From contig DAONQC010000001.1 of assembly GCA_035409945.1 (NCBI GenBank), forward strand, positions 21,571 through 85,570: a DNA stretch of 64,000 nt. The letters are read 5' to 3'. The notes below the pieces were generated by a model. That model was not told the origin of the DNA. It saw only the letters and a program-made list of their open reading frames with translations, and ran no database searches. This document shows positions 36,696 through 45,430 of the stretch, piece after piece; the stretch's first letter is position 1; each line of letters opens with the position of its first letter. The translations under genes were made by a program, and so were the position numbers. Origin of the DNA: Clostridia bacterium (GTDB lineage Bacteria > Bacillota > Clostridia > Christensenellales > DTU072).

Positions 36696-38077
36696 TGAAT
36701 AAAATTAACACAATTAATACTGACTTATTTAGGAGTAGAGTGGACACGATTGTGTTGAATACCCTATCGGAAAAAGATAGGTATGGTTATGAAATTCTAG
36801 AAATAATCGCACAAAATTCAGTTAGTCACTATGAAATTAAGCAATCAACATTATATAGTATTTTAAAACGACTAGAAAACTTAGAGTATATATCGTCATA
36901 TGATGGACTCGAAACTAATGGCGCGCAACGTAAATACTATACTCTAACAGACAAAGGTAGAAGTTTTTTAGAAACACAGAAATATGAATGGGAGTATACA
37001 AGGACTCTATTAGACAAATTGGTTAGTAATAAGCCTGTTGACTTAATTGATTCTTTATCCACATTCCCTTATAATCCAAATGATTTAAAGCCAAAGACGC
37101 CTAGAAAATCAAAATTACAAGGTCAACAGGAGTATGATGATAATATAAATATGCAACAAGATGCAAAAGATATGAATAATAATATTGATTTATCTACTGA
37201 AACAACAAGTTTTAACATAAATCAAACGCTAGAATCAGACATGAGTTTTAAAAATCAAAGGGAAAACAATCAATCACCATCTATGGAAGAACAATTAGAA
37301 AGAGAACGGGCCGAAAAGCTTTTAGGATTAGGAGTATACTTACCACTAGAATCAACTGATGTGTCCAATAAGAATGCTGACGACATAAACGTACAACCTA
37401 CGCTTTCGACCATAGGAGTCGCAGAAAATAGTATAATAAATGCTACGCCAAGTTTAAACTATAGAGAAGCCCTAGGCTTATTATATACCGATGACAACAG
37501 TCTTTTTCATGATGGAGAGATTACTAATGAAGCAAACGAAGAGGCGCTGTATATCAAGGCTGAAAACTCTCGTTTCCCGCACTATAACGATATGAAAAAA
37601 AGGCTATTTGATGAAGGGTACACCGTAAAGACATACAACAAGGCAAACTCTAGTAATTTTTATTATATGAACTATTATTATTCTAACAAACTATTTAGAG
37701 ATTTAACACTTATTGTTTATATATTTTATGCTACCCTACTTACGATATTAAGCTTTTTGCCCGAAGCATTACAATTGTCAAGACCTTCTTTTTTATCCGC
37801 ACTAGGTATTGGGTTAATAGTTCCAACAGTTAGATTATTAATATATTTACAAAACCCACTCAAGAGAATAAGAGCAAAATTTAACGCATTAAAAATAATA
37901 TTATATTTTACCCTATGGATGACTTTTTCAGTATTAATAATTTTTCTTATCAATTTAATAAATGATACAATTTGTGATAGTTTATATTTAGTATTTATTC
38001 TATACTCAAGCATACCATTTGCAATGCTAATATACTATTTGATGTTTAGATCAAATAAATATCATTTAAAGAAATAG
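36695..38077 (+). CDS. PadR-family wHTH protein fused to a low-complexity linker and a 4-TM C-terminal membrane domain
   Basis: PadR signature (LSEKDRYGYEILE...STLYSILKRLE...RKYYTLTDKG). An Asn/Gln/Asp-rich linker follows, then four hydrophobic helices at aa ~335-455. The start overlaps the lexA stop (TAATG). Confidence 0.75.
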   Translation: MNKINTINTDLFRSRVDTIVLNTLSEKDRYGYEILEIIAQNSVSHYEIKQSTLYSILKRLENLEYISSYDGLETNGAQRKYYTLTDKGRSFLETQKYEWEYTRTLLDKLVSNKPVDLIDSLSTFPYNPNDLKPKTPRKSKLQGQQEYDDNINMQQDAKDMNNNIDLSTETTSFNINQTLESDMSFKNQRENNQSPSMEEQLERERAEKLLGLGVYLPLESTDVSNKNADDINVQPTLSTIGVAENSIINATPSLNYREALGLLYTDDNSLFHDGEITNEANEEALYIKAENSRFPHYNDMKKRLFDEGYTVKTYNKANSSNFYYMNYYYSNKLFRDLTLIVYIFYATLLTILSFLPEALQLSRPSFLSALGIGLIVPTVRLLIYLQNPLKRIRAKFNALKIILYFTLWMTFSVLIIFLINLINDTICDSLYLVFILYSSIPFAMLIYYLMFRSNKYHLKK

Positions 38078-38085
38078 AAATATTG

Positions 38086-38535
38086 CTATCTGTTATTTGA
38101 TTTAGTCAAAGATTCTCTTCGAGCCATTTCATCACATTTATTGTTATATTGGTTATCAGAATGCCCTTTTACTTTATTAAATGTAACGATATGAGGCTGT
38201 ATTGCATAAACAAGCCTTTCCCATAGATCTTTATTTTTGACTGGTTGGCGAGTTTTTGTTTTCCAATCATTATTTTTCCAGTTAGTAATCCACCCTTCTT
38301 GAAATGCATTTACTAAATATGCACTATCTGAGTATAAATTTACAAAACACGGTTCTTTTAAAGCCTCAATACCTTTTATTGCAGCAAGTAATTCCATTCT
38401 ATTATTTGTTGTTTCCGGCACGTTACCATATAAGATTTTTTCATGTTGTTGATAAATTAAGATTGCACACCATCCACCGTTTCCAGGGTTACCGCTACAG
38501 GCTCCATCAGTATAAATATCTACTCTTTTATTCAT
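38086..38535 (-). CDS. rnhA: Ribonuclease HI
   Basis: The motifs IYTDGACSGNPG.GGW, NNRMEL.A and KGHS....N..CD are present. Confidence 0.92.
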   Translation of the reverse strand: MNKRVDIYTDGACSGNPGNGGWCAILIYQQHEKILYGNVPETTNNRMELLAAIKGIEALKEPCFVNLYSDSAYLVNAFQEGWITNWKNNDWKTKTRQPVKNKDLWERLVYAIQPHIVTFNKVKGHSDNQYNNKCDEMARRESLTKSNNR

Positions 38536-39347
38536 TGTTTAACCTCTGAGAGTTGTTTTGATCGTGCAGCACAGGCTTTAACGCCATTCAGTATAATCTC
38601 ATCCAAGTTTTCAGTTCGGAACACATTAATAGCTTCTACAGTTGTTCCACCTTTGCTGGAAACTTTTGTAATTAATTCTTCTAATGAATCTTTAGAATTA
38701 ATAGCGAACAGAGTACTTCCTAGAAAAGTATTAAATACAAGTTTACTACTGATTTCCTGCGTGAGCCCAACATCAACGCCTGCATCAATTAATGACTTTA
38801 AAAAGTAGAATACATATGCTGGTCCACTACCGCTAATGCTTGTAAGGGCATCAAATTGATGTTCAGGAATTTCAATGGTTTCACCACATACATTAAAGAT
38901 ACTATTAATAAGGTTCATTTCTTGACGATTACACGTATTAGGATAGGTAATACCTATAGTACCATTTCCATCTAGGCAGGGCAAGTTGGGCATTGCTCTG
39001 ATAATAGGTCCATTAAAATTCGTAACTTCTCTAATTTTTGCAATACTTACTCCAGCCATAATTGATACAATATATTGCGATAATATGCTTTTATTACTAA
39101 ATGAAAGCTGGGAAAATGTTTGTGGTTTGATGGCAAAAAAAGTAATATTTGCTTTATTTAATACATCATCAATATTCGTTGTTGTATTAAAACCCAAACT
39201 TTCATAATATGATAATTTATTTAAATCGGTATCGCATATGATGATATTATTGCTATCTAGATTAACTAAATGCTTATTCTGAAAAACATTATTAATTATT
39301 GCACCACCCATATTGCCTGCACCAACGAACCCTATTTCAAATCTCAT
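38532..39347 (-). CDS. proC: Pyrroline-5-carboxylate reductase
   Basis: The true start is MRFEIGFVGAGNMGGAI (Rossmann GxGxxG), with AAAGGAG upstream. The track ORF extension to 39494 reads antisense through tRNA-Trp. Confidence 0.88.
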   Translation of the reverse strand: MRFEIGFVGAGNMGGAIINNVFQNKHLVNLDSNNIIICDTDLNKLSYYESLGFNTTTNIDDVLNKANITFFAIKPQTFSQLSFSNKSILSQYIVSIMAGVSIAKIREVTNFNGPIIRAMPNLPCLDGNGTIGITYPNTCNRQEMNLINSIFNVCGETIEIPEHQFDALTSISGSGPAYVFYFLKSLIDAGVDVGLTQEISSKLVFNTFLGSTLFAINSKDSLEELITKVSSKGGTTVEAINVFRTENLDEIILNGVKACAARSKQLSEVKQ

Positions 39348-39364
39348 AAGACGCTCCTTTTTCA

Positions 39365-39394
39365 TTGACATAATATCTTTTAAATATATATAAT
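39365..39394 (+). promoter_or_regulatory. Promoter for tRNA-Trp
   Basis: TTGACA (39365-39370), an 18-nt spacer, then TATAAT (39389-39394). Confidence 0.6.
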
Positions 39395-39407
39395 AAACAT
39401 TAGTTAA

Positions 39408-39483
39408 AGGGGAGTGGCTCAATTGGTAGAGCATCGGTCTCCAAAACCGACGGTTGCGTGTTCGAGTCGCGTCTCCCCTGCCA
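39408..39483 (+). tRNA. trnW: tRNA-Trp (anticodon CCA), CCA end encoded
   Basis: Cloverleaf: acceptor AGGGGAG/CTCCCCT, D-arm GCTC..GAGC, anticodon stem TCGGT/ACCGA with loop CTCCAAA, and T-arm GCGTG-TTCGAGT-CGCGT, ending in GCCA. Confidence 0.93.
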
Positions 39484-39486
39484 ACC

Positions 39487-39522
39487 ATGTCCATTATGTA
39501 ACTACATAATGGACATTTTTAT
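39487..39522 (+). terminator. Rho-independent terminator after tRNA-Trp
   Basis: A 14-bp stem, ATGTCCATTATGTA / TACATAATGGACAT, followed by TTTTTATT. Confidence 0.8.
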
Positions 39523-39654
39523 TACTATAACATACTCGATTATAACATTTTGTTTTATTACATAAAAGTATATTTACTAAATGAATTTTCAATTTTACTA
39601 GATATAATTATGCTTGTGTAATGCCAGACAGCTTATATTATGTTATATACGGTA

Positions 39655-39698
39655 ACAAAAAAACAAAAGCCAGAAAAATTATGAATTATTCTGGCTTT
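39655..39698 (-). terminator. Terminator after the ispH/rpsA fusion gene (bidirectional shape)
   Basis: GCCAGAA (39668-39674) pairs with TTCTGGC (39688-39694). A long T-run follows on the - strand. Confidence 0.7.
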
Positions 39699-39728
39699 TA
39701 GTTTAGTTATAATGGAATGGATTTTTTA

Positions 39729-42005
39729 TTACTTATTATTTTTATCCTCTTGTAGCTGTTTAAACAATTTTTGACCTTGTTCGGTATCACCAAATGTTGC
39801 TCCTGTAGTAGTGCTTGAAATATAACTACTATCGGAATCATTATTATTTTCTTTTTTCTTTGTTTTTGGTTTTGCCTTGGATTCTTCTCTGCTAACCTTG
39901 ACTGCTTCTTTATCCAATTTGTTTTTCAATAGTCTATTTTCATCGTGTTCTGGCTTTTCAATAAGTTCTTTTATGCTAAGGCTAATTTTATTCTTATCAT
40001 ATTTAGTTACTTTTGCTTTAATAGTATCTCCTACTTTAAGAAAATCATTTATATCTTCGACGCGCTGATGTGCAATCTGTGATATATGAACTAAACCATC
40101 AATGTTTTCTCCCATAGATACAAAAGCACCAAATGGCATAATTCGTTCTACTTTGCCTTCAACAGTAGATCCAACTGGATATTTTTCTTCAATAATTTCA
40201 ATTGGGGATTTTTGGAGTTCTCTATAACTTAAAGAAACTTTATTTGTAGCCCTGTCAGCTTCCTTTACAATAAAATCGTACTCTTCTCCTTCAGTAAGGA
40301 CTTCGGATGGATCTTTGATTCTATTCCAACTTAATTCGGAAATATGTGCCAAACAGTCATGTCCATTAACAGAAACAAAAGCTCCAAAAGGATGGTTGTT
40401 TTTCTTTCCAAATCTTACGACTGTACCTTTAACTACATTACCAACAACAGCAACTTCATTCCAAAAAGCATCTTCTTTTTCTTGTAATATTTCTTTTTGT
40501 CCTGCATGCAATACCTTGTTCGATTTGATATGTTTTTTAGTTCCTTCTTTTGGTTCCTCATCATCTTCTGTCAATAGTCTTAGTGTTAGAGTTTTGCCAA
40601 TATATTGATCAAGTTTTCCTTTAACACCGTTTAACTCAATTTTACTTTTTGGCACAAAAACTTTATATCTTCCAACTTCACAAAGCAATTTAGTTTCGTT
40701 TCTATTTACTCCTGTGCATTTAAGTTCGACATCGTGACCTTGTTTAAGTAACTCTATTTTTTCTTCTTCTTTTATGATTGCTACACATTTAATGTGCGAG
40801 AATAAAATTTGATGTTTTTGTTCGGTATTGATCACAACCGCCAGTATGTCATCGCCCTCTTTTATATCAGCATCTGGGTCGATTTCATCCTTTTCTATGA
40901 TGCCTAAATCATTCTTTATACTTCCATCACCGTAAGATACTTGTAATCTCCCCTCGTCATCGATTGCAACAACATGAACTGATTTGATGTCTCCTATATT
41001 TAATTGTTTCGAATTGTTTGGAACTGGCATAGACATGACTTTATCCATAAATTCATTTTGTTGGTCTGAACTATTTACTTCAGGTGTTCTGATATTGACT
41101 TCGTTATTAGTGTTAGATTCGTCAGTATCAACGATTTCGATGTTTGTGCTTTCTTCTTTCATTAATTTAATAACCTCCAAAACCAACCCATTTGGGGTCG
41201 ATGCTCCAGTAAAAATACCGATGTTTTTATTATTCATTATCTCTTTCAAATTTATATTTAACTCGTCTAAATTTGAAATGAAATAGACTTTATTGCAATT
41301 AGCTCTTGCGATGTTATAAAGCTCTACCGTATTATTGCTTGCTTTATCACCTAATATAATCATTACATCTGATAATGATAATACTTTACTGCAACTATCT
41401 CTTCTTGCTAAAGTAGTATAACAAATGCTATTGAATATATCAACTGATTTATTATCTTTTATCGCAATAGATTGCAAGTTATTTAATAAATAGGAGATAT
41501 CTTTTGTTGAGAAAGTTGTTTGAAATACAATATAAAATTTGTCTGATAATGTTAAAAAAGTAAAGTCATTAATATCTTCTATAATAACTGCATTTTTAGC
41601 TATGGAGGCAATGCCCTTTACTTCGGGATGATTAGGATTTCCATATATTATAATTTGAAAACCATTATTGCTATATTGTAAAACATTTTTATGTATTATT
41701 TTAACCGATGGACATGTAGCATCTATTAATTTACAGTTTTTTTCTTTTAATAAATCAAGTGTAGATGATTCACAACCGTGTGCTCTTATTAGCACCGTTG
41801 AATTATTTGGAATTTCATCTGCCTTTTCAACTGTTATTAATCCTTTTTCGGATAGTTGTGAAATTACGATTTCATTATGTATTATAGACCCAATACTATA
41901 TAAGAATTGGTTATGTTTATCAAGGAATTGTTTTGCAAGAGTCACAGCGTTAGCTACTCCCCCACAAAATCCTATAGATTTACTAGCTATTATAATTCTG
42001 TGCAT
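39729..42005 (-). CDS. ispH: Bifunctional 4-hydroxy-3-methylbut-2-enyl diphosphate reductase (IspH/LytB) / ribosomal protein S1-domain fusion
   Basis: The N-terminal ~280 aa is IspH-like (GFCGGV..AV, ATCP.V). Repeated S1 domains follow (G.VV.G.V......GAFV). The C-terminus is a basic/acidic tail. Confidence 0.88.
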   Translation of the reverse strand: MHRIIIASKSIGFCGGVANAVTLAKQFLDKHNQFLYSIGSIIHNEIVISQLSEKGLITVEKADEIPNNSTVLIRAHGCESSTLDLLKEKNCKLIDATCPSVKIIHKNVLQYSNNGFQIIIYGNPNHPEVKGIASIAKNAVIIEDINDFTFLTLSDKFYIVFQTTFSTKDISYLLNNLQSIAIKDNKSVDIFNSICYTTLARRDSCSKVLSLSDVMIILGDKASNNTVELYNIARANCNKVYFISNLDELNINLKEIMNNKNIGIFTGASTPNGLVLEVIKLMKEESTNIEIVDTDESNTNNEVNIRTPEVNSSDQQNEFMDKVMSMPVPNNSKQLNIGDIKSVHVVAIDDEGRLQVSYGDGSIKNDLGIIEKDEIDPDADIKEGDDILAVVINTEQKHQILFSHIKCVAIIKEEEKIELLKQGHDVELKCTGVNRNETKLLCEVGRYKVFVPKSKIELNGVKGKLDQYIGKTLTLRLLTEDDEEPKEGTKKHIKSNKVLHAGQKEILQEKEDAFWNEVAVVGNVVKGTVVRFGKKNNHPFGAFVSVNGHDCLAHISELSWNRIKDPSEVLTEGEEYDFIVKEADRATNKVSLSYRELQKSPIEIIEEKYPVGSTVEGKVERIMPFGAFVSMGENIDGLVHISQIAHQRVEDINDFLKVGDTIKAKVTKYDKNKISLSIKELIEKPEHDENRLLKNKLDKEAVKVSREESKAKPKTKKKENNNDSDSSYISSTTTGATFGDTEQGQKLFKQLQEDKNNK

Positions 42006-42661
42006 ATTTTCTCAATCCTTGCAACTACTTCATCAATACTTAAACCGCTAGTATCAATCTGAACCGCATCTTCAGTACAAATCAAAGGCGCAAAATCACG
42101 TGTCATATCTTGATGATCTCTGGTTTTAATTTCTTGTAAAATTGTTTGAAAGTTATCTTCTGCACCTTTTTCCATGAGTTCTTTATTTCGTCTCTGCGCT
42201 CTGACTTCTGGTTTAGCTGTCAAGTAAATTTTAACGTTGGCATTTGGTAGTACATAACTTCCAATATCTCTCCCATCTAATACGCAATTACATTGCGCTG
42301 CAATCTCACGCTGAATAGTTACAAGTTTTATTCTTACAATAGGATTTTTTGAAATGGTTGAAGCGCCCATGCTAATTTCATTTGTACGTATTTTATTAGT
42401 AACATCGATACCGTTTATAAAGACATGTTGTTTATTGTCAATATAGTCAATTGATAATTCGATATCATCAATCATATTATTAATTTTTTCTGTTTCATGT
42501 GGTTGAATGCCGTTTTCTAGAAAATAGTAAGCTATAGCGCGATACATAGCCCCAGTGTCCAGATATACTAAATTCATTTTTTCTGATAAGATTTTTGCAA
42601 CTGTGCTTTTACCCGATCCTGCAGGTCCATCTATTGCTATGTTTATAACTTTTTTTGTCAT
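41990..42661 (-). CDS. cmk: Cytidylate kinase
   Basis: The motifs IAIDGPAGSGKST and LDTGAMYRA are present, and the gene lies upstream of the S1 gene as usual. Confidence 0.93.
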   Translation of the reverse strand: MTKKVINIAIDGPAGSGKSTVAKILSEKMNLVYLDTGAMYRAIAYYFLENGIQPHETEKINNMIDDIELSIDYIDNKQHVFINGIDVTNKIRTNEISMGASTISKNPIVRIKLVTIQREIAAQCNCVLDGRDIGSYVLPNANVKIYLTAKPEVRAQRRNKELMEKGAEDNFQTILQEIKTRDHQDMTRDFAPLICTEDAVQIDTSGLSIDEVVARIEKICTEL

Positions 42662-43930
42662 TTATTTATTATATCCTCCGTTTTATTAATATATTCGCAT
42701 ACGCCTCTCCCCGCCGTAACACCAGAAGAGAACGCAAATTGTAAATTATATCCACCTGTAAGAGCATCAACATCAATAATTTCTCCAGCAAAAAATAAAT
42801 TATCAATGATTTTGCTCTGCATAGTTTTAGGATTTATTTGTTTAACATCGACACCACCAGCTGTAACAACAGCCCGTTCAGTATCTAGAGATGAAATTTG
42901 ATACTTTACACCTTTAAGAGAATTAGCTAGTTTTCTAATATCCTCGCTTGTTAGATTTGCGAGTTGCTTACATGGATTAATATTGGATTGTAAAAGTATC
43001 TTAGATGTCATCTTCTTAACAGTGAGTTTTGGTATAATATGTTTTACTTGTTGTTTGCCATACAGTGGCACCATATTAATTATTCTATCTTCTAACACTT
43101 CTATAGGTAATGCTGGTTTCAAATCAATCGATGCAAATAATGTTTCGTTTAAGAGTTTGCGATTGATTTTTGAAGATAAGCTTAAAACAATAGGACCTGA
43201 AATTCCATTGTTTGTAAAAATCATTTCTCCAAAATCATTAGCAATTACCAGGTCGTTAGTATTAATAATCGATAATGATACATTTTTAAGAGACAGCCCT
43301 TCGGGAAGTTCTTGACTTGTGTCATCGAATAGCATACTAGTTAGAGCTGGGACTGGTGGAATAAGAGTTACACCTAGTTTCTTAAGAATATCAAAACCTA
43401 ATCCATCAGAGCCAGTATGAGGATAATAGATTCCTCCTGTTGCCATAATAACGGCATCTGAACACATTTTTTGTTTGGTTGTAATAATTTCTTTAATAAT
43501 ATTGTTTTCTTGAATTAAGCTAATTACAGTTTCATTAAAATATATGGTAATTCCTCGTGATATCAATTCATTATAAATTATATCTATTACATCCGAACTT
43601 TTGTTGCTTTTAGGGAACATCCTTCCCCCTCTCTCTTCTACTATCTCAAGCCCTCGTGACTTAAAAAAAATGCACAGTGTCATTGTATGTGAATTGAGAA
43701 AATGAACTGTATGTAAATTTAGGATTTGAAATAATTTTAGAAATAGGGTTATTGTTACTGTTTGTTAAATTACATCGCCCTTTTCCTGTAATATATAGTT
43801 TCCTACCAATCTTATGATTTCTCTCAATTAAAATAACTTCTATATTAGGATTGTTTTCGGCAATTGCTAAAGCTGCAAATGGTCCTGCAGCGCCTCCTCC
43901 AATAACTACAACTCTTGATTTCCTATACAT
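42658..43930 (-). pseudogene. HI0933/YhiN/BaiN-like FAD-dependent oxidoreductase interrupted by a frameshift in a T8 run
   Basis: The N-terminal ORF (43661..43930) carries VVVIGGGAAG and GKGRCNLTN. The C-terminal ORF (42658..43683) carries GRMFP.S.K..DV and the rest of the family. Removing one T from the run at 43663-43670 gives a continuous HFFKSRGLEIVEE reading. Confidence 0.75.
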
Positions 43931-43939
43931 ATTAGTGAA

Positions 43940-44695
43940 TTAACTCCCTTTAGGTAATATTCTCCGTTTAAGCAAATTGAGAGCTTTAATGTCGGTTGAA
44001 TTGTATTGAATCGGAGTAATTGTTGTATAGCCTTTATTTAACCAAACGACATCAGTATCTAAATCATTTTCAATAGGTATAGGATTGCCGATTAGAGTCC
44101 AAGAAAGTGTATCTGTCCCACTAGGATCTATAAGATAAATGTCGCAAAATTGTCTTTTCCCTAACTTGCAAATCACCTTGTCTATATTTCCTATATATTC
44201 ATTATTAATATTAATGTTTAGTGCATATTTAGGGGATAATAATGATAGATAATAATCAAAATCTTTTAAGAATGTATCAACAACGTAATTAAATTGTTCG
44301 TTTTCGATAACCTTAGTGGATATTGCCATTGATGGAATATTATTTAAACTACCTTCAATTGCAGCATTTGCTGTTCCCGAGTAAAAAACATCTGTTCCGA
44401 TGTTAAAATCCGTATTAATACCTGATATTATCAATTCGGGTCTAGTCGTTGAAAAAAGTTCGACACCTATTTTGACGCAGTCAGAAGGCGTTCCTGTTAC
44501 TGAATAACATAGATATGGATATCCAGGTACTTCTCGAATATAAATTGGTTTGTGAAATGTAACGGCTGCAGACATTCCACTGTTACATTTATGTGGGGCA
44601 ACAACTCGTACATCGTGATATTTTGATAGGATAGTGGCAAGCTTAACAAGCCCAGGACAATTATATCCATCATCATTTACGATTAAAATTTTCAT
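43940..44695 (-). CDS. surE: 5'/3'-nucleotidase SurE
   Basis: MKILIVNDDGY N-terminus and the SGIN....G.DV.YSGT motif. Confidence 0.9.
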   Translation of the reverse strand: MKILIVNDDGYNCPGLVKLATILSKYHDVRVVAPHKCNSGMSAAVTFHKPIYIREVPGYPYLCYSVTGTPSDCVKIGVELFSTTRPELIISGINTDFNIGTDVFYSGTANAAIEGSLNNIPSMAISTKVIENEQFNYVVDTFLKDFDYYLSLLSPKYALNININNEYIGNIDKVICKLGKRQFCDIYLIDPSGTDTLSWTLIGNPIPIENDLDTDVVWLNKGYTTITPIQYNSTDIKALNLLKRRILPKGS

Positions 44696-45422
44696 TATTT
44701 TCCCCCTTTATATAATTTTTGAGTAATTTAATCTCATTTCTATTAAGCTCTCTATATTTGCCTCTAGCAACATTTGATAACTGCAGAGGTCCAAATGCAA
44801 CACGTTTTAAACTAACTACATTTTTATTTATTGAATTAAACATTTTGTGAATTTGTCTATTTTTACCTTCTTTAATCACCACCTCTATTGTAGTAGTTGT
44901 GTTAGTTTTGTTTATAATTTTAAAAGATGCTGGTTTTGTCTTATAACCATTATCTATAAGAACTCCATTTCGTAAAAGTTGTAGTTCACTATCAGTTATA
45001 GAGCCATTAATTCGGGCTATATAGGTTTTTGTAACTTCGAATGTTGGATGAGATAATTTATGTGTTATGTCTCCATCATTTGTTAAAATTAAAAGTCCTT
45101 CGGTATTATAGTCTAGCCTTCCTATGGAAAAAAGTCTATATGGAGAGTTGATAAAATCATATATAGTCTGCCTGCCCTTCTCATCTTGTGCAGTGCAAAC
45201 ACAACCTTTTGGTTTATTGAACATTAAATATACATTTTGTTGATTTGTTTTACTATGTAAATAAATGTTATCAACAGATACCACGTCATAAGTTAAATCA
45301 ACTTTGAACCCAAAGTCTATAACTATTTCGCCATTAACTTTTACTTTTTTATTAGATATTAACTCATCTGCTTTTCTACGAGAGCATAACCCACTAGTAG
45401 AAATATATTTATTTAATCTCAT
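44673..45422 (-). CDS. rluB: RsuA/RluB-family pseudouridine synthase with S4 domain
   Basis: S4 domain MRLNKYIS..G.CSRRKADELI and the catalytic GRLDYNTEGLLILTNDG. Confidence 0.85.
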   Translation of the reverse strand: MRLNKYISTSGLCSRRKADELISNKKVKVNGEIVIDFGFKVDLTYDVVSVDNIYLHSKTNQQNVYLMFNKPKGCVCTAQDEKGRQTIYDFINSPYRLFSIGRLDYNTEGLLILTNDGDITHKLSHPTFEVTKTYIARINGSITDSELQLLRNGVLIDNGYKTKPASFKIINKTNTTTTIEVVIKEGKNRQIHKMFNSINKNVVSLKRVAFGPLQLSNVARGKYRELNRNEIKLLKNYIKGENNENFNRK

Positions 45423-45430
45423 ATGTGGTA

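Noticed and set aside
39348-39494. N-terminal 49-aa extension of the proC ORF (MDMVGRGDATRTRNRRFWRP...)
   Set aside because: The extension is the antisense reading of tRNA-Trp and its promoter. A proper RBS (AAAGGAG) and the Rossmann-fold start MRFEIGFVGAGNMGG define the real start at 39347.
39487-39516. Hairpin ATGTCCATTATGTAAC... containing ATTATGTAAC, which resembles the XerD arm of Firmicutes dif (TTATGTAAACT)
   Set aside because: It is a perfect hairpin followed by a T-tract directly after a tRNA, which makes it an intrinsic terminator. No dif-like central region or left arm is present.
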